From assembly GCF_024223415.1 (NCBI RefSeq), contig NZ_CP100500.1: a stretch of DNA of 64,000 nt; one strand, 5' to 3'. A program made the position numbers and the translations under genes. Source of the DNA: Escherichia coli. GTDB taxonomy: Bacteria; Pseudomonadota; Gammaproteobacteria; Enterobacterales; Enterobacteriaceae. Shown here in pieces: positions 42,561 to 54,969 of this stretch (within the stretch, counting starts at the first letter, position 1; each line of letters begins with the position of its first letter). The notes under the pieces were generated by a model. That model was given only the letters and a program-made list of their open reading frames with translations. It had not been told where the DNA came from and did no database searches.

Positions 42561-43808
42561 ATGGATGTCATGAGAAGTGTTCTGGGAATGGTGGTATTGC
42601 TGACGATTGCGTTTTTACTGTCAGTAAACAAGAAGAAGATCAGCCTGCGTACCGTTGGCGCGGCGTTAGTGTTACAGGTCGTGATCGGCGGGATTATGCT
42701 TTGGTTACCGCCAGGGCGTTGGGTCGCTGAAAAAGTCGCTTTTGGCGTGCATAAAGTGATGGCGTACAGCGATGCAGGTAGCGCATTTATCTTCGGTTCG
42801 CTGGTCGGGCCGAAAATGGACACGCTGTTTGATGGCGCAGGATTTATCTTTGGTTTCAGGGTGTTACCGGCAATTATCTTCGTCACCGCGCTGGTGAGTA
42901 TTCTCTACTACATCGGTGTGATGGGGATCTTAATTCGCATTCTCGGCGGTATCTTCCAGAAAGCGTTAAATATCAGCAAGATCGAGTCATTCGTCGCGGT
43001 CACTACCATTTTCCTCGGGCAAAACGAAATTCCGGCAATCGTCAAACCCTTTATCGATCGGCTGAATCGCAATGAGTTATTTACAGCGATTTGTAGTGGC
43101 ATGGCCTCAATTGCCGGTTCGACAATGATTGGTTACGCCGCGCTGGGCGTGCCTGTGGAATATCTGCTGGCGGCATCATTAATGGCGATCCCCGGCGGGA
43201 TCTTGTTTGCCCGCCTGTTAAGCCCGGCTACGGAATCTTCGCAGGTTTCCTTTAATAACCTCTCTTTCACCGAAACACCGCCAAAAAGCATTATTGAAGC
43301 GGCAGCGACAGGGGCGATGACCGGGCTGAAAATCGCTGCGGGTGTGGCAACAGTGGTGATGGCATTTGTTGCCATCATTGCGTTAATTAACGGTATTATC
43401 GGCGGCGTTGGCGGCTGGTTTGGTTTTGAACATGCCTCGCTGGAGTCCATTTTAGGTTATCTGCTGGCCCCACTGGCGTGGGTAATGGGTGTTGACTGGA
43501 CTGATGCGAATCTTGCCGGGAGTTTGATTGGACAGAAACTGGCAATAAATGAATTTGTCGCTTATCTCAATTTCTCACCCTATCTGCAAACGGCTGGCAC
43601 TCTGGATGCTAAAACCGTGGCGATTATTTCCTTCGCGTTGTGCGGTTTCGCTAACTTTGGTTCTATCGGGGTGGTGGGGGCGTTTTCTGCGGTTGCGCCA
43701 CACCGTGCGCCGGAAATCGCCCAACTTGGTTTACGCGCGCTGGCGGCGGCGACACTTTCTAATCTGATGAGTGCCACCATTGCCGGGTTCTTTATTGGTT
43801 TAGCGTAG
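42561..43808 (+). CDS. nupX: NupC-family nucleoside permease NupX/YeiJ (415 aa)
   Basis: Translated ORF recognised as E. coli NupX. Confidence 0.9.
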   Translation: MDVMRSVLGMVVLLTIAFLLSVNKKKISLRTVGAALVLQVVIGGIMLWLPPGRWVAEKVAFGVHKVMAYSDAGSAFIFGSLVGPKMDTLFDGAGFIFGFRVLPAIIFVTALVSILYYIGVMGILIRILGGIFQKALNISKIESFVAVTTIFLGQNEIPAIVKPFIDRLNRNELFTAICSGMASIAGSTMIGYAALGVPVEYLLAASLMAIPGGILFARLLSPATESSQVSFNNLSFTETPPKSIIEAAATGAMTGLKIAAGVATVVMAFVAIIALINGIIGGVGGWFGFEHASLESILGYLLAPLAWVMGVDWTDANLAGSLIGQKLAINEFVAYLNFSPYLQTAGTLDAKTVAIISFALCGFANFGSIGVVGAFSAVAPHRAPEIAQLGLRALAAATLSNLMSATIAGFFIGLA

Positions 43809-43863
43809 TGTGCGATTTATGAGCCGGATTAGATGCGGTCAAGCGTCGAATCCGGCAACATTG

Positions 43864-44952
43864 TTACACCATTGGCACTAATGACAGCGCGTTATCGGCA
43901 GACAGGGTAGGGTTGTTTAAGCTGCCGCTGGCGCGTGAAATTGCCGCGCAGGCCATCGCAAAACGGGCGCTGTCACGGAAATTGTTTCCCTCCAGAAAGC
44001 TATATACCAGACCCGCCATAAAACCATCGTCAGCACCAAAACTGTCTACCGTCGTATGCGCTGGCACAGTCAGCAAAAATTGTTCACCATCCTTTTCGCT
44101 GCAATAAACTGACTCATCGGGCAAATAAACAAACAGTTGCTGAACACCTTGCTGATGCAATGCATTCACTGCGGCATTACGGTCAGCATCGCTGGTGATC
44201 GCCTGTCCCCATAAAATTTCCAGCTCCGGTAAAGTGGGTTTCAGGGTGTGAACATGCGCCAGCCAGTGTTTGATTTTGCCCGCTTTGAATTCTGAAACGG
44301 TATCGACAAACACCGGGATCTCACCAGCGAGGGTAAAGACCCATTCCAGCGCCTCGGCTGTCAGGTTGCAATCAGCCAGTACCACGCCCGCATGACGAAG
44401 TAAATCGCGCGACCCGTTCAATAATTGCGGCGATAACTGTTCCAGCAGATGGGTATCGTTAATCGCCAGCACGGTTTGATCGTCTCGATTGGCAATTGCC
44501 AGATACGTCGATGTGCTTTGACCATGTAAACGAACGCAGCCGGAGACATTCACGCCGGCGCGGCGCGTTTCTTCCAGGAGCATTTCGCCATAAAAGTCAT
44601 CGCCAATCACTGAAAGCAAATGGACGTCACGGCCTAACAGCGCCAGATTGTGGGCGATGTTGCGTCCCACGCCGCCCGCCGAGCAATGAATCGTACCGGG
44701 ATGAGAAGCCGCTTGCGGGTAACGGATATCCGCCATCCCGCGAATATCCATATTGATTGTCCCCACCACTACGCAGTATTCCTGCTCGGTGAGAATGTAA
44801 CCTTTGCCTTTAATCCGCCCTTTGCGCATTAAATCCATAATATGCGCCGCAACGCGCGAACGACTGATTTGCAGCATGTCCGCAATTTCGTTCTGCTGAA
44901 TCAGCGGGTTACGCCGTAAAATTGCAAGGATCTCCTTTTCCCGGTTATTCAT
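43864..44952 (-). CDS. yeiI: Putative sugar kinase with N-terminal HTH, YeiI (362 aa)
   Basis: Translated ORF recognised as E. coli YeiI; PfkB-like domain paralogous to psuK. Confidence 0.85.
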   Translation of the reverse strand: MNNREKEILAILRRNPLIQQNEIADMLQISRSRVAAHIMDLMRKGRIKGKGYILTEQEYCVVVGTINMDIRGMADIRYPQAASHPGTIHCSAGGVGRNIAHNLALLGRDVHLLSVIGDDFYGEMLLEETRRAGVNVSGCVRLHGQSTSTYLAIANRDDQTVLAINDTHLLEQLSPQLLNGSRDLLRHAGVVLADCNLTAEALEWVFTLAGEIPVFVDTVSEFKAGKIKHWLAHVHTLKPTLPELEILWGQAITSDADRNAAVNALHQQGVQQLFVYLPDESVYCSEKDGEQFLLTVPAHTTVDSFGADDGFMAGLVYSFLEGNNFRDSARFAMACAAISRASGSLNNPTLSADNALSLVPMV

Positions 44953-44954
44953 CT

Positions 44955-45812
44955 TCAGGCTACCGCTTTTTCAGTTTGTTGCGCTTTCAGCCAGGCGATC
45001 TCTTCTGCCCAGATATCCGGGTTGATGGTTTCGAGGATCAGCGGAATGCCGTCGAAACGGTCGTCCTGCATGATCCAGCGGAACGCATCATGACCGATAT
45101 TGCCTTCACCGAGGCTATGATGGCGGTCAACGCGGCTGCCAAAGGTGCTTTTCGCATCGTTAAGGTGCATCCCGCGCAGATACTTAAAGCCGACAATACG
45201 GGCAAAATCCGCGAACGTTTTCTCGCATTCGGCTGGAGTACGCAAATCATACCCGGCAGCGAAAGCATGGCAGGTATCAATGCAGACGCCTACACGGGAT
45301 TTATCTTCCACGCCGTCGATAATCGCCGCGAGATGTTCGAATTTAAACCCTAAGTTACTGCCCTGACCGGCGGTGTTTTCAATCACCGCGGTCACACCTT
45401 GAGTTTTATCCAGCGCAATGTTGATGGATTCGGCAATACGCGCAAGGCAATCCTCTTCTGAAATCTGCATCAGATGGCTGCCAGGGTGGAAATTGAGCAA
45501 AGAAAGCCCCAGTTGTTCGCAACGCTGCATTTCATCTATAAAGGCATCGCGCGATTTTTCCAGAGCTTCAGCGACCGGATGTCCGAGGTTAATCAGATAG
45601 CTGTCGTGGGGAAGAATTTGCGCCGATGTGTAGTGATATTTTTCACAGGCGGCTTTGAATTCATCGATGGTTTGCGTCGTGAGCGGTGCGGCACGCCACT
45701 GACGTTGGTTTTTGGTGAACAAGGCAAACGCGGTTGCGTCGATTTCGGCGGCGCGAATTGCGGCATTTGCCAGACCGCCAGCAGCACTAACGTGCGCTCC
45801 AATGTATTTCAT
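44955..45812 (-). CDS. nfo: Endonuclease IV (285 aa)
   Basis: Translated ORF recognised as E. coli Nfo. Confidence 0.9.
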   Translation of the reverse strand: MKYIGAHVSAAGGLANAAIRAAEIDATAFALFTKNQRQWRAAPLTTQTIDEFKAACEKYHYTSAQILPHDSYLINLGHPVAEALEKSRDAFIDEMQRCEQLGLSLLNFHPGSHLMQISEEDCLARIAESINIALDKTQGVTAVIENTAGQGSNLGFKFEHLAAIIDGVEDKSRVGVCIDTCHAFAAGYDLRTPAECEKTFADFARIVGFKYLRGMHLNDAKSTFGSRVDRHHSLGEGNIGHDAFRWIMQDDRFDGIPLILETINPDIWAEEIAWLKAQQTEKAVA

Positions 45813-45885
45813 GCGAGGACTCCTGTTAAACCCGCTGGAGGAAAACGGTAATGATAGCGGGTTAACAGGAGCAAGATGTAGTGGT

Positions 45886-46935
45886 TTATGCGATGACGCT
45901 TTGAATCACATAGTTAATCGCACCACCACCAACAATCAGCCAGGCAAACAGTACCAGTGCCATCAGCAGAGGTTTCGCCCCGGCTTTTTTCAGCGCGCTG
46001 ACGTGAGTGGTCAGACCCAGCGCCGCCATCGCCATTGCCAGCAGGAAGGTATCCAGCGTTACCAGCATGTTCACCACGCTCTGCGGTAACAGGTGGAACG
46101 AGTTAAAGATGGCAACTACGATGAACAAGATGGCAAACCACGGAATAGTGATTTTGCTTTTCTCGCCGCTGTTCGCCCCAGACAGCTGTTTAACACGCGC
46201 CGCCAGCAGGATGAGGAACGGAGCCAGCATCATCACGCGCAGCATTTTGGAAATAACTGCTGCGTTTTCCGCATCCGGGCTGATGGCATGACCTGCCGCC
46301 ACCACCTGCGCCACTTCGTGCACAGTAGAACCAATGTAGATACCGAAAGTTTCCGGACTAAACCATTGAGACATCAGCGGATATATCGCCGGGTAGAGGA
46401 AAATCGCGACGGTCCCGAAGATAACAACGGTTGCAACAGCCACGGTTACTTTACTGGCTTCCGCTTTCACTACCGGCTCAGTCGCCAGTACCGCGGCAGC
46501 ACCACAGATACTGCTACCGGCACCGATCAACCAGCTGGTGTGCTTATCCAGACCAAACACTTTCTGCCCCAGGAAGCAAGCCAGCAGGAAGGTACTGGAC
46601 AGCGTCAACACGTCAATGATGATCCCACTGATACCGACATCGGCAATTTGCGAGAACGTCAGACGGAAGCCATAAAGAATGATACCCAGACGTAATAAAT
46701 ATTGCTTGGCAAACAGCACACCACCGTCACAGCTTTTCCAGATGTGCGGATAGATGGTGTTGCCTAAAACCATCCCCAACAAGATTGCGAGGGTGAGGGC
46801 ACTAAACCCGGCACCCGCAACCGCGGGAATGGAACCACCCCACAGGGCGACCCCGGTGATAACTGCACTCAGGGCTAACCCCGGAATAAAATGCCACAGT
46901 GTACGATGTTGTTTCTGTAAGGTGATATTCGTCAT
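45886..46935 (-). CDS. yeiH: UPF0324 inner-membrane protein YeiH (349 aa)
   Basis: Translated ORF recognised as E. coli YeiH; polytopic membrane protein. Confidence 0.85.
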   Translation of the reverse strand: MTNITLQKQHRTLWHFIPGLALSAVITGVALWGGSIPAVAGAGFSALTLAILLGMVLGNTIYPHIWKSCDGGVLFAKQYLLRLGIILYGFRLTFSQIADVGISGIIIDVLTLSSTFLLACFLGQKVFGLDKHTSWLIGAGSSICGAAAVLATEPVVKAEASKVTVAVATVVIFGTVAIFLYPAIYPLMSQWFSPETFGIYIGSTVHEVAQVVAAGHAISPDAENAAVISKMLRVMMLAPFLILLAARVKQLSGANSGEKSKITIPWFAILFIVVAIFNSFHLLPQSVVNMLVTLDTFLLAMAMAALGLTTHVSALKKAGAKPLLMALVLFAWLIVGGGAINYVIQSVIA

Positions 46936-47033
46936 AACCCTCTCCTTTAACCGGGCATAAGGTTACGACTAACTGGTTTAAAAATAAAATTGATTATATA
47001 TTTATAATTAATCTTTATAAGTGGTAAGCGACT

Positions 47034-47915
47034 ATGCACATCACCCTCCGGCAGTTGGAAGTTTTTGCAGAAGTATTGAAAAGTGGATCAACCACCCAGG
47101 CGTCGGTGATGCTGGCGTTGTCGCAATCAGCAGTGAGCGCAGCCTTGACCGACCTGGAAGGGCAGCTTGGCGTGCAACTGTTTGATCGCGTGGGGAAAAG
47201 ACTGGTTGTTAATGAACACGGGCGGCTGCTCTATCCGCGTGCGTTGGCACTGCTTGAACAGGCGGTTGAAATCGAACAACTGTTTCGCGAAGACAACGGC
47301 GCGATTCGTATCTATGCCAGTAGTACCATCGGTAACTACATTCTGCCTGCAGTTATCGCCCGTTATCGCCATGATTATCCGCAGTTGCCGATTGAACTTA
47401 GCGTTGGGAACAGCCAGGACGTGATGCAAGCGGTGCTGGATTTCCGCGTTGATATTGGCTTTATTGAAGGACCGTGCCACAGCACTGAAATCATTTCTGA
47501 ACCGTGGCTGGAAGACGAGCTGGTGGTTTTCGCCGCGCCGACTTCGCCGTTGGCCCGTGGTCCGGTCACCTTAGAACAGCTGGCCGCTGCGCCGTGGATC
47601 CTGCGTGAACGCGGTTCCGGCACGCGGGAGATTGTCGATTATCTGTTGCTGTCACATTTACCGAAGTTTGAGATGGCGATGGAATTAGGTAACTCCGAGG
47701 CAATCAAACATGCGGTGCGTCATGGGTTGGGAATTAGTTGCCTGTCGCGACGGGTGATTGAAGATCAATTGCAGGCAGGCACATTAAGTGAAGTTGCGGT
47801 CCCTCTGCCGCGCCTGATGCGTACGTTGTGGCGTATACATCATCGGCAAAAACACCTTTCCAACGCGCTACGGCGCTTTCTGGACTATTGCGATCCCGCG
47901 AATGTACCGCGTTAA
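47034..47915 (+). CDS. yeiE: LysR-family transcriptional regulator YeiE (293 aa)
   Basis: Translated ORF recognised as E. coli YeiE; divergent from yeiH. Confidence 0.9.
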
Positions 47916-48119
47916 GTTGCTGTACAAGAACATGCTGGTGCTGTGTCGATTTCGTGACGCAGCGCCCTCAGCATGCATTCGCCAGAAAAGAGATTGGCTG
48001 CTTTACTTATAATCCCTGGGCGATCATGAAGGTGTCTTATAACCGTGTATTTCTGCCGGAAGGATTGCCAATCGTCTGCTACAATCGCGCCTCATTTTTT
48101 AGATGGATAGCATTTTTGT

Positions 48120-49589
48120 ATGGTTTCCGAAACTAAAACCACAGAAGCGCCGGGCTTACGCCGTGAATTAAAGGCGCGTCACCTGACGATGATTGCCATT
48201 GGTGGTTCCATCGGTACAGGTCTTTTTGTTGCCTCTGGCGCAACGATTTCTCAGGCAGGTCCGGGCGGGGCATTGCTCTCGTATATGCTGATTGGCCTGA
48301 TGGTTTACTTCCTGATGACCAGTCTCGGTGAACTGGCTGCATATATGCCGGTTTCCGGTTCGTTTGCCACTTACGGTCAGAACTATGTTGAAGAAGGCTT
48401 TGGCTTCGCGCTGGGCTGGAACTACTGGTACAACTGGGCGGTGACTATTGCCGTTGACCTGGTTGCAGCTCAGCTGGTCATGAGCTGGTGGTTCCCGGAT
48501 ACACCGGGCTGGATCTGGAGTGCGTTGTTCCTCGGCGTTATCTTCCTGCTGAACTACATCTCTGTTCGCGGCTTTGGTGAAGCGGAATACTGGTTCTCAC
48601 TGATCAAAGTCACGACAGTTATTGTCTTTATCATCGTTGGCGTGCTGATGATTATCGGTATCTTCAAAGGCGCGCAGCCTGCGGGCTGGAGCAACTGGAC
48701 AATCGGCGAAGCGCCGTTTGCTGGTGGTTTTGCGGCGATGATCGGCGTAGCTATGATTGTCGGCTTCTCTTTCCAGGGAACCGAGCTGATCGGTATTGCT
48801 GCAGGCGAGTCCGAAGATCCGGGGAAAAACATTCCACGCGCGGTACGTCAGGTGTTCTGGCGAATCCTGTTGTTCTATGTGTTCGCGATCCTGATTATCA
48901 GCCTGATTATTCCGTACACCGATCCGAGCCTGCTGCGTAACGATGTTAAAGACATCAGCGTTAGTCCGTTCACCCTGGTGTTCCAGCACGCGGGTCTGCT
49001 CTCTGCGGCGGCGGTGATGAACGCAGTTATTCTGACGGCGGTGCTGTCAGCCGGTAACTCCGGTATGTATGCGTCTACTCGTATGCTGTACACCCTGGCG
49101 TGTGACGGTAAAGCGCCGCGCATTTTCGCTAAACTGTCGCGTGGTGGCGTGCCGCGTAATGCGCTGTATGCGACGACGGTGATTGCCGGTCTGTGCTTCC
49201 TGACCTCCATGTTTGGCAACCAGACGGTATACCTGTGGCTGCTGAACACCTCCGGGATGACCGGTTTTATCGCCTGGCTGGGGATTGCCATTAGCCACTA
49301 CCGCTTCCGTCGCGGTTACGTATTGCAGGGACACGACATTAACGATCTGCCGTACCGTTCAGGTTTCTTCCCACTGGGTCCGATCTTCGCATTCATTCTG
49401 TGTCTGATTATCACTTTGGGCCAGAACTACGAAGCATTCCTGAAAGATACCATTGACTGGGGCGGCGTAGCGGCAACGTATATTGGTATCCCGCTGTTCC
49501 TGATTATTTGGTTCGGCTACAAGCTGATTAAAGGAACCCACTTCGTACGCTACAGCGAAATGAAGTTCCCGCAGAACGATAAGAAATAA
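48120..49589 (+). CDS. lysP: Lysine-specific permease LysP (489 aa)
   Basis: Translated ORF recognised as E. coli LysP; APC-family transporter. Confidence 0.9.
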   Translation: MVSETKTTEAPGLRRELKARHLTMIAIGGSIGTGLFVASGATISQAGPGGALLSYMLIGLMVYFLMTSLGELAAYMPVSGSFATYGQNYVEEGFGFALGWNYWYNWAVTIAVDLVAAQLVMSWWFPDTPGWIWSALFLGVIFLLNYISVRGFGEAEYWFSLIKVTTVIVFIIVGVLMIIGIFKGAQPAGWSNWTIGEAPFAGGFAAMIGVAMIVGFSFQGTELIGIAAGESEDPGKNIPRAVRQVFWRILLFYVFAILIISLIIPYTDPSLLRNDVKDISVSPFTLVFQHAGLLSAAAVMNAVILTAVLSAGNSGMYASTRMLYTLACDGKAPRIFAKLSRGGVPRNALYATTVIAGLCFLTSMFGNQTVYLWLLNTSGMTGFIAWLGIAISHYRFRRGYVLQGHDINDLPYRSGFFPLGPIFAFILCLIITLGQNYEAFLKDTIDWGGVAATYIGIPLFLIIWFGYKLIKGTHFVRYSEMKFPQNDKK

Positions 49590-49606
49590 GTTTCTCCCTT
49601 CCTTGC

Positions 49607-49637
49607 TAAGCCCTCTCAACCGAGAGGGCTTTTTCAA
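49607..49637 (+). terminator. Intrinsic terminator downstream of lysP
   Basis: Hairpin agccctctcaaccgagagggct followed by TTTTT. Confidence 0.75.
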
Positions 49638-49686
49638 TTCCATTTCCCTGACAAATCATGCGGATATAAAATTTAACATTTGGATT

Positions 49687-49714
49687 GATAATTGTTATCG
49701 TTTGCATTATCGTT
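49687..49714. promoter_or_regulatory. Fur-box-like sequence in cirA promoter
   Basis: GATAATTGTTATCGTTTGCATTATCGTT resembles overlapping Fur boxes (GATAATGATAATCATTATC consensus) upstream of cirA. Confidence 0.55.
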
Positions 49715-49880
49715 ACGCCGCAATCAAAAAAGGCTGACAAATCAGAGGCTGGTCCGGCTTGCTGGGATGATCACCTGCATACAAATAAGTCCACCGCGAT
49801 GCTGCCGTACGCAAGGGGACGTGAAGAAGATGTGAGCGATAACCCATTTTATTTTCGTAGTTACCTCATGGAGATATGGA

Positions 49881-51860
49881 ATGTTTAGGTTGAACCCTTT
49901 CGTACGGGTCGGGCTGTGTTTGTCCGCTATTTCTTGTGCATGGCCTGTGTTAGCGGTCGATGATGATGGCGAAACGATGGTTGTCACTGCATCTTCCGTT
50001 GAACAAAACCTTAAAGATGCACCCGCCAGTATCAGCGTCATTACCCAGGAAGACCTGCAGCGAAAACCGGTACAGAATCTGAAGGATGTCCTCAAAGAAG
50101 TGCCTGGCGTACAACTGACGAACGAAGGGGATAACCGTAAGGGCGTTAGTATTCGTGGTCTGGACAGCAGCTACACCCTGATTCTTGTCGACGGTAAACG
50201 CGTTAACTCCCGCAATGCCGTCTTCCGCCACAATGATTTCGATCTGAACTGGATCCCGGTCGATTCCATCGAACGTATTGAAGTGGTCCGTGGCCCGATG
50301 TCGTCGCTGTACGGTTCCGATGCGCTCGGCGGTGTAGTGAATATCATCACCAAAAAAATCGGTCAGAAATGGTCGGGTACCGTTACCGTCGATACCACCA
50401 TTCAGGAACATCGCGATCGCGGTGATACCTATAACGGTCAGTTCTTTACCAGTGGACCATTAATTGATGGTGTGCTGGGAATGAAAGCTTACGGCAGCCT
50501 GGCAAAACGTGAAAAGGATGACCCGCAAAACTCAACGACCACCGATACCGGAGAAACGCCGCGTATTGAAGGATTCTCCAGCCGCGACGGCAATGTCGAA
50601 TTTGCCTGGACACCGAATCAAAATCACGATTTTACTGCCGGATATGGTTTCGACCGTCAGGATCGTGATTCCGACTCGCTGGACAAAAACCGCCTGGAAC
50701 GCCAGAACTACTCCGTCAGCCATAATGGGCGTTGGGATTACGGCACCAGCGAACTGAAATACTACGGTGAGAAAGTCGAGAACAAAAACCCTGGCAACAG
50801 CAGCCCGATAACTTCCGAAAGCAATACGGTCGACGGCAAATACACGTTGCCGCTGACGGCGATTAATCAGTTTCTCACGGTTGGCGGTGAATGGCGTCAC
50901 GACAAACTTAGCGATGCGGTGAACCTGACCGGGGGAACCAGCTCCAAAACGTCTGCCAGCCAGTACGCGCTGTTTGTGGAAGATGAATAGCGAATCTTCG
51001 AGCCGCTGGCGCTGACGACCGGCGTACGTATGGACGATCATGAAACCTACGGTGAACACTGGAGTCCGCGTGCCTACCTGGTTTATAACGCCACCGACAC
51101 CGTAACGGTGAAAGGGGGCTGGGCGACGGCATTTAAAGCGCCTTCTCTGTTGCAACTTAGCCCTGACTGGACGAGCAATTCCTGCCGTGGCGCATGTAAG
51201 ATTGTGGGTAGCCCGGATCTGAAACCAGAAACCAGCGAAAGTTGGGAGCTGGGGCTTTACTACATGGGTGAAGAAGGCTGGCTGGAAGGGGTTGAATCCA
51301 GCGTTACCGTTTTCCGTAACGATGTGAAAGATCGTATCAGCATCAGCCGTACGTCTGACGTCAATGCTGCACCGGGCTACCAAAACTTTGTTGGTTTTAC
51401 AGCGAACGGTGTGCCGGTATTTAGCTACTACAACGTTAACAAAGCACGTATTCAGGGCGTGGAAACCGAACTGAAAATTCCGTTCAACGATGAATGGAAA
51501 CTGTCACTCAACTACACCTACAACGATGGTCGTGATGTCAGCAACGGCGAAAACAAACCGCTATCCGATCTGCCGTTCCATACCGCTAACGGTACGCTGG
51601 ACTGGAAACCGCTGGCACTGGAAGACTGGTCATTCTATGTTTCTGGTCACTATACCGGGCAGAAACGAGCCGACAGCGCGACGGCTAAAACACCGGGCGG
51701 TTATACCATCTGGAATACCGGCGCGGCCTGGCAGGTGACTAAAGACGTCAAACTGCGCGCAGGCGTGCTGAACCTTGGCGACAAGGATCTCAGTCGTGAC
51801 GACTACAGCTATAACGAAGACGGACGTCGTTACTTTATGGCAGTGGATTATCGCTTCTGA
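49881..51860 (+). pseudogene. cirA: TonB-dependent catecholate/colicin I receptor CirA interrupted by in-frame TAG at 50988..50990
   Basis: ORFs 49881..50990 and 51030..51860 are in the same frame and together read as CirA (...[12 protein letters not shown][TAG][21 protein letters not shown]...). I believe the wild type has TGG (Trp) at this codon. Confidence 0.8.
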
Positions 51861-51891
51861 TAAGAAGATGCCCGGCGAACCGGGCGGACTT

Positions 51892-52761
<870 letters not shown>

Positions 52762-52985
52762 TCATCATACCGTTTATTCAATGTGCTGTGAGTAACTTTC
52801 ACTTCCGTATTTGCATAACGATGTTTTAACATCTGCTGATGAAAGGCAGCGGCAATTACAATAATTATCGCTGTGAATACTGGATTATGTGCGCCGCCTC
52901 ACGCACAATAATCAGGCTGTAAATCAGCTTAATAACTTTGCCCCCACGCAGGGCGGAGGCGTCACACCTGCAGGAGAAATCATAA

Positions 52986-53654
52986 ATGCCATCACTCAGT
53001 AAAGAAGCGGCCCTGGTTCATGAAGCGTTAGTTGCGCGAGGACTGGAAACACCGCTGCGCCCGCCCGTGCATGAAATGGATAACGAAACGCGCAAAAGCC
53101 TTATTGCTGGTCATATGACCGAAATTATGCAGCTGCTGAATCTCGACCTGGCTGATGACAGTTTGATGGAAACGCCGCATCGCATCGCTAAAATGTATGT
53201 CGATGAAATTTTCTCCGGTCTGGATTACGCCAACTTCCCGAAAATCACCCTCATTGAAAACAAAATGAAGGTCGATGAAATGGTCACCGTGCGCGATATC
53301 ACTCTGACCAGTACCTGTGAACACCATTTTGTTACCATCGATGGCAAAGCGACGGTGGCTTATATCCCGAAAGATTCGGTGATCGGTCTGTCAAAAATTA
53401 ACCGTATCGTGCAGTTCTTTGCCCAGCGTCCGCAGGTGCAGGAACGTCTGACGCAGCAAATTCTCATTGCGCTACAAACGCTGCTGGGCACCAATAACGT
53501 GGCTGTCTCTATCGACGCGGTGCATTACTGCGTGAAGGCGCGTGGCATCCGCGATGCAACCAGTGCCACGACAACGACCTCTCTTGGTGGATTGTTCAAA
53601 TCCAGTCAGAATACGCGCCACGAGTTTCTGCGCGCTGTGCGTCATCACAACTGA
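52986..53654 (+). CDS. folE: GTP cyclohydrolase I (222 aa)
   Basis: Translated ORF recognised as E. coli FolE. Confidence 0.9.
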
Positions 53655-53670
53655 TTAAAAGGCAGGAACC

Positions 53671-54828
53671 ATGGAGCGCAACGTCACGCTCGATTTTGTT
53701 CGCGGCGTCGCCATTCTGGGGATCCTGCTATTAAACATCAGCGCCTTTGGGCTACCAAAGGCGGCTTATCTTAATCCCGCCTGGTACGGCGCTATTACGC
53801 CGCAGGATGCATGGACCTGGGCATTTCTCGATCTCATCGGCCAGGTGAAATTCCTCACGCTTTTTGCGCTGCTGTTTGGTGCTGGCCTGCAAATGTTGCT
53901 GCCCCGTGGCAGACGATGGATCCAGTCGCGGTTAACGCTGTTAGTCTTGTTGGGCTTTATTCACGGTTTATTGTTCTGGGACGGCGATATTCTGCTGGCT
54001 TACGGGCTGGTGGGCTTAATCTGCTGGCGGCTGGTGCGCGATGCGCCATCGGTAAAAAGCCTGTTTAATACAGGCGTCATGCTTTATCTGGTGGGGCTTG
54101 GCGTTTTGCTGTTATTGGGGTTGATTTCCGACAGCCAGACCAGCCGCGCTTGGACGCCGGATGCATCGGCTATTTTGTATGAAAAATACTGGAAGCTTCA
54201 CGGCGGCGTTGAAGCGATCAGTAATCGTGCCGATGGTGTTGGCAACAGTTTACTGGCACTGGGCGCACAGTATGGCTGGCAACTGGCAGGGATGATGCTC
54301 ATTGGTGCGGCGCTGATGCGCAGCGGCTGGCTGAAAGGGCAGTTCAGCTTACGTCACTATCGTCGTACTGGTTTTGTGCTGGTGGCGATTGGGGTGACCA
54401 TTAACCTTCCAGCCATCGCCCTGCAATGGCAGCTGGACTGGGCGTATCGCTGGTGTGCCTTCTTACTTCAAATGCCGCGGGAACTGAGTGCGCCGTTTCA
54501 GGCGATTGGCTATGCGTCGCTGTTTTATGGCTTCTGGCCGCAATTGAGCCGCTTTAAGCTGGTGCTTGCGATCGCCTGCGTCGGACGGATGGCGCTGACC
54601 AACTATCTATTGCAAACGCTGATTTGTACCACGCTTTTTTACCACCTCGGTTTGTTTATGCATTTTGACCGCCTGGAGCTGCTGGCGTTTGTTATTCCGG
54701 TATGGCTGGCGAATATCCTCTTCTCTGTTATCTGGCTGCGTTACTTCCGCCAGGGGCCGGTGGAATGGCTCTGGCGTCAGTTAACTTTGCGTGCTGCCGG
54801 ACCGGCAATATCTAAAACATCAAGATAA
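53671..54828 (+). CDS. yeiB: DUF418-family inner-membrane protein YeiB (385 aa)
   Basis: Translated ORF recognised as E. coli YeiB. Confidence 0.85.
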   Translation: MERNVTLDFVRGVAILGILLLNISAFGLPKAAYLNPAWYGAITPQDAWTWAFLDLIGQVKFLTLFALLFGAGLQMLLPRGRRWIQSRLTLLVLLGFIHGLLFWDGDILLAYGLVGLICWRLVRDAPSVKSLFNTGVMLYLVGLGVLLLLGLISDSQTSRAWTPDASAILYEKYWKLHGGVEAISNRADGVGNSLLALGAQYGWQLAGMMLIGAALMRSGWLKGQFSLRHYRRTGFVLVAIGVTINLPAIALQWQLDWAYRWCAFLLQMPRELSAPFQAIGYASLFYGFWPQLSRFKLVLAIACVGRMALTNYLLQTLICTTLFYHLGLFMHFDRLELLAFVIPVWLANILFSVIWLRYFRQGPVEWLWRQLTLRAAGPAISKTSR

Positions 54829-54969
54829 CGATCTGGATCACATTCGTTAACAAAACGGCTGTAACCGTTTCCATTGCTGTGACTCGATTCACGAAGTCCT
54901 GTATTCAGTGCTGACAAAATAGCCGCCAGCAAGCAGTCATTTACTGCAATCTCATAACAGGTAGTGAAT

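Noticed and set aside
46093-46695. 200-aa plus-strand ORF
   Set aside because: Antisense to yeiH; Arg/His-rich with no recognisable features.
50981-51030. Frameshift or two separate genes at the cirA break
   Set aside because: The two ORFs are in the same frame and separated by a single TAG; the flanking codons read continuously as CirA, so it is a nonsense substitution, not an indel or gene boundary.
50532-51383. 283-aa minus-strand ORF
   Set aside because: Antisense to cirA; composition is not protein-like.
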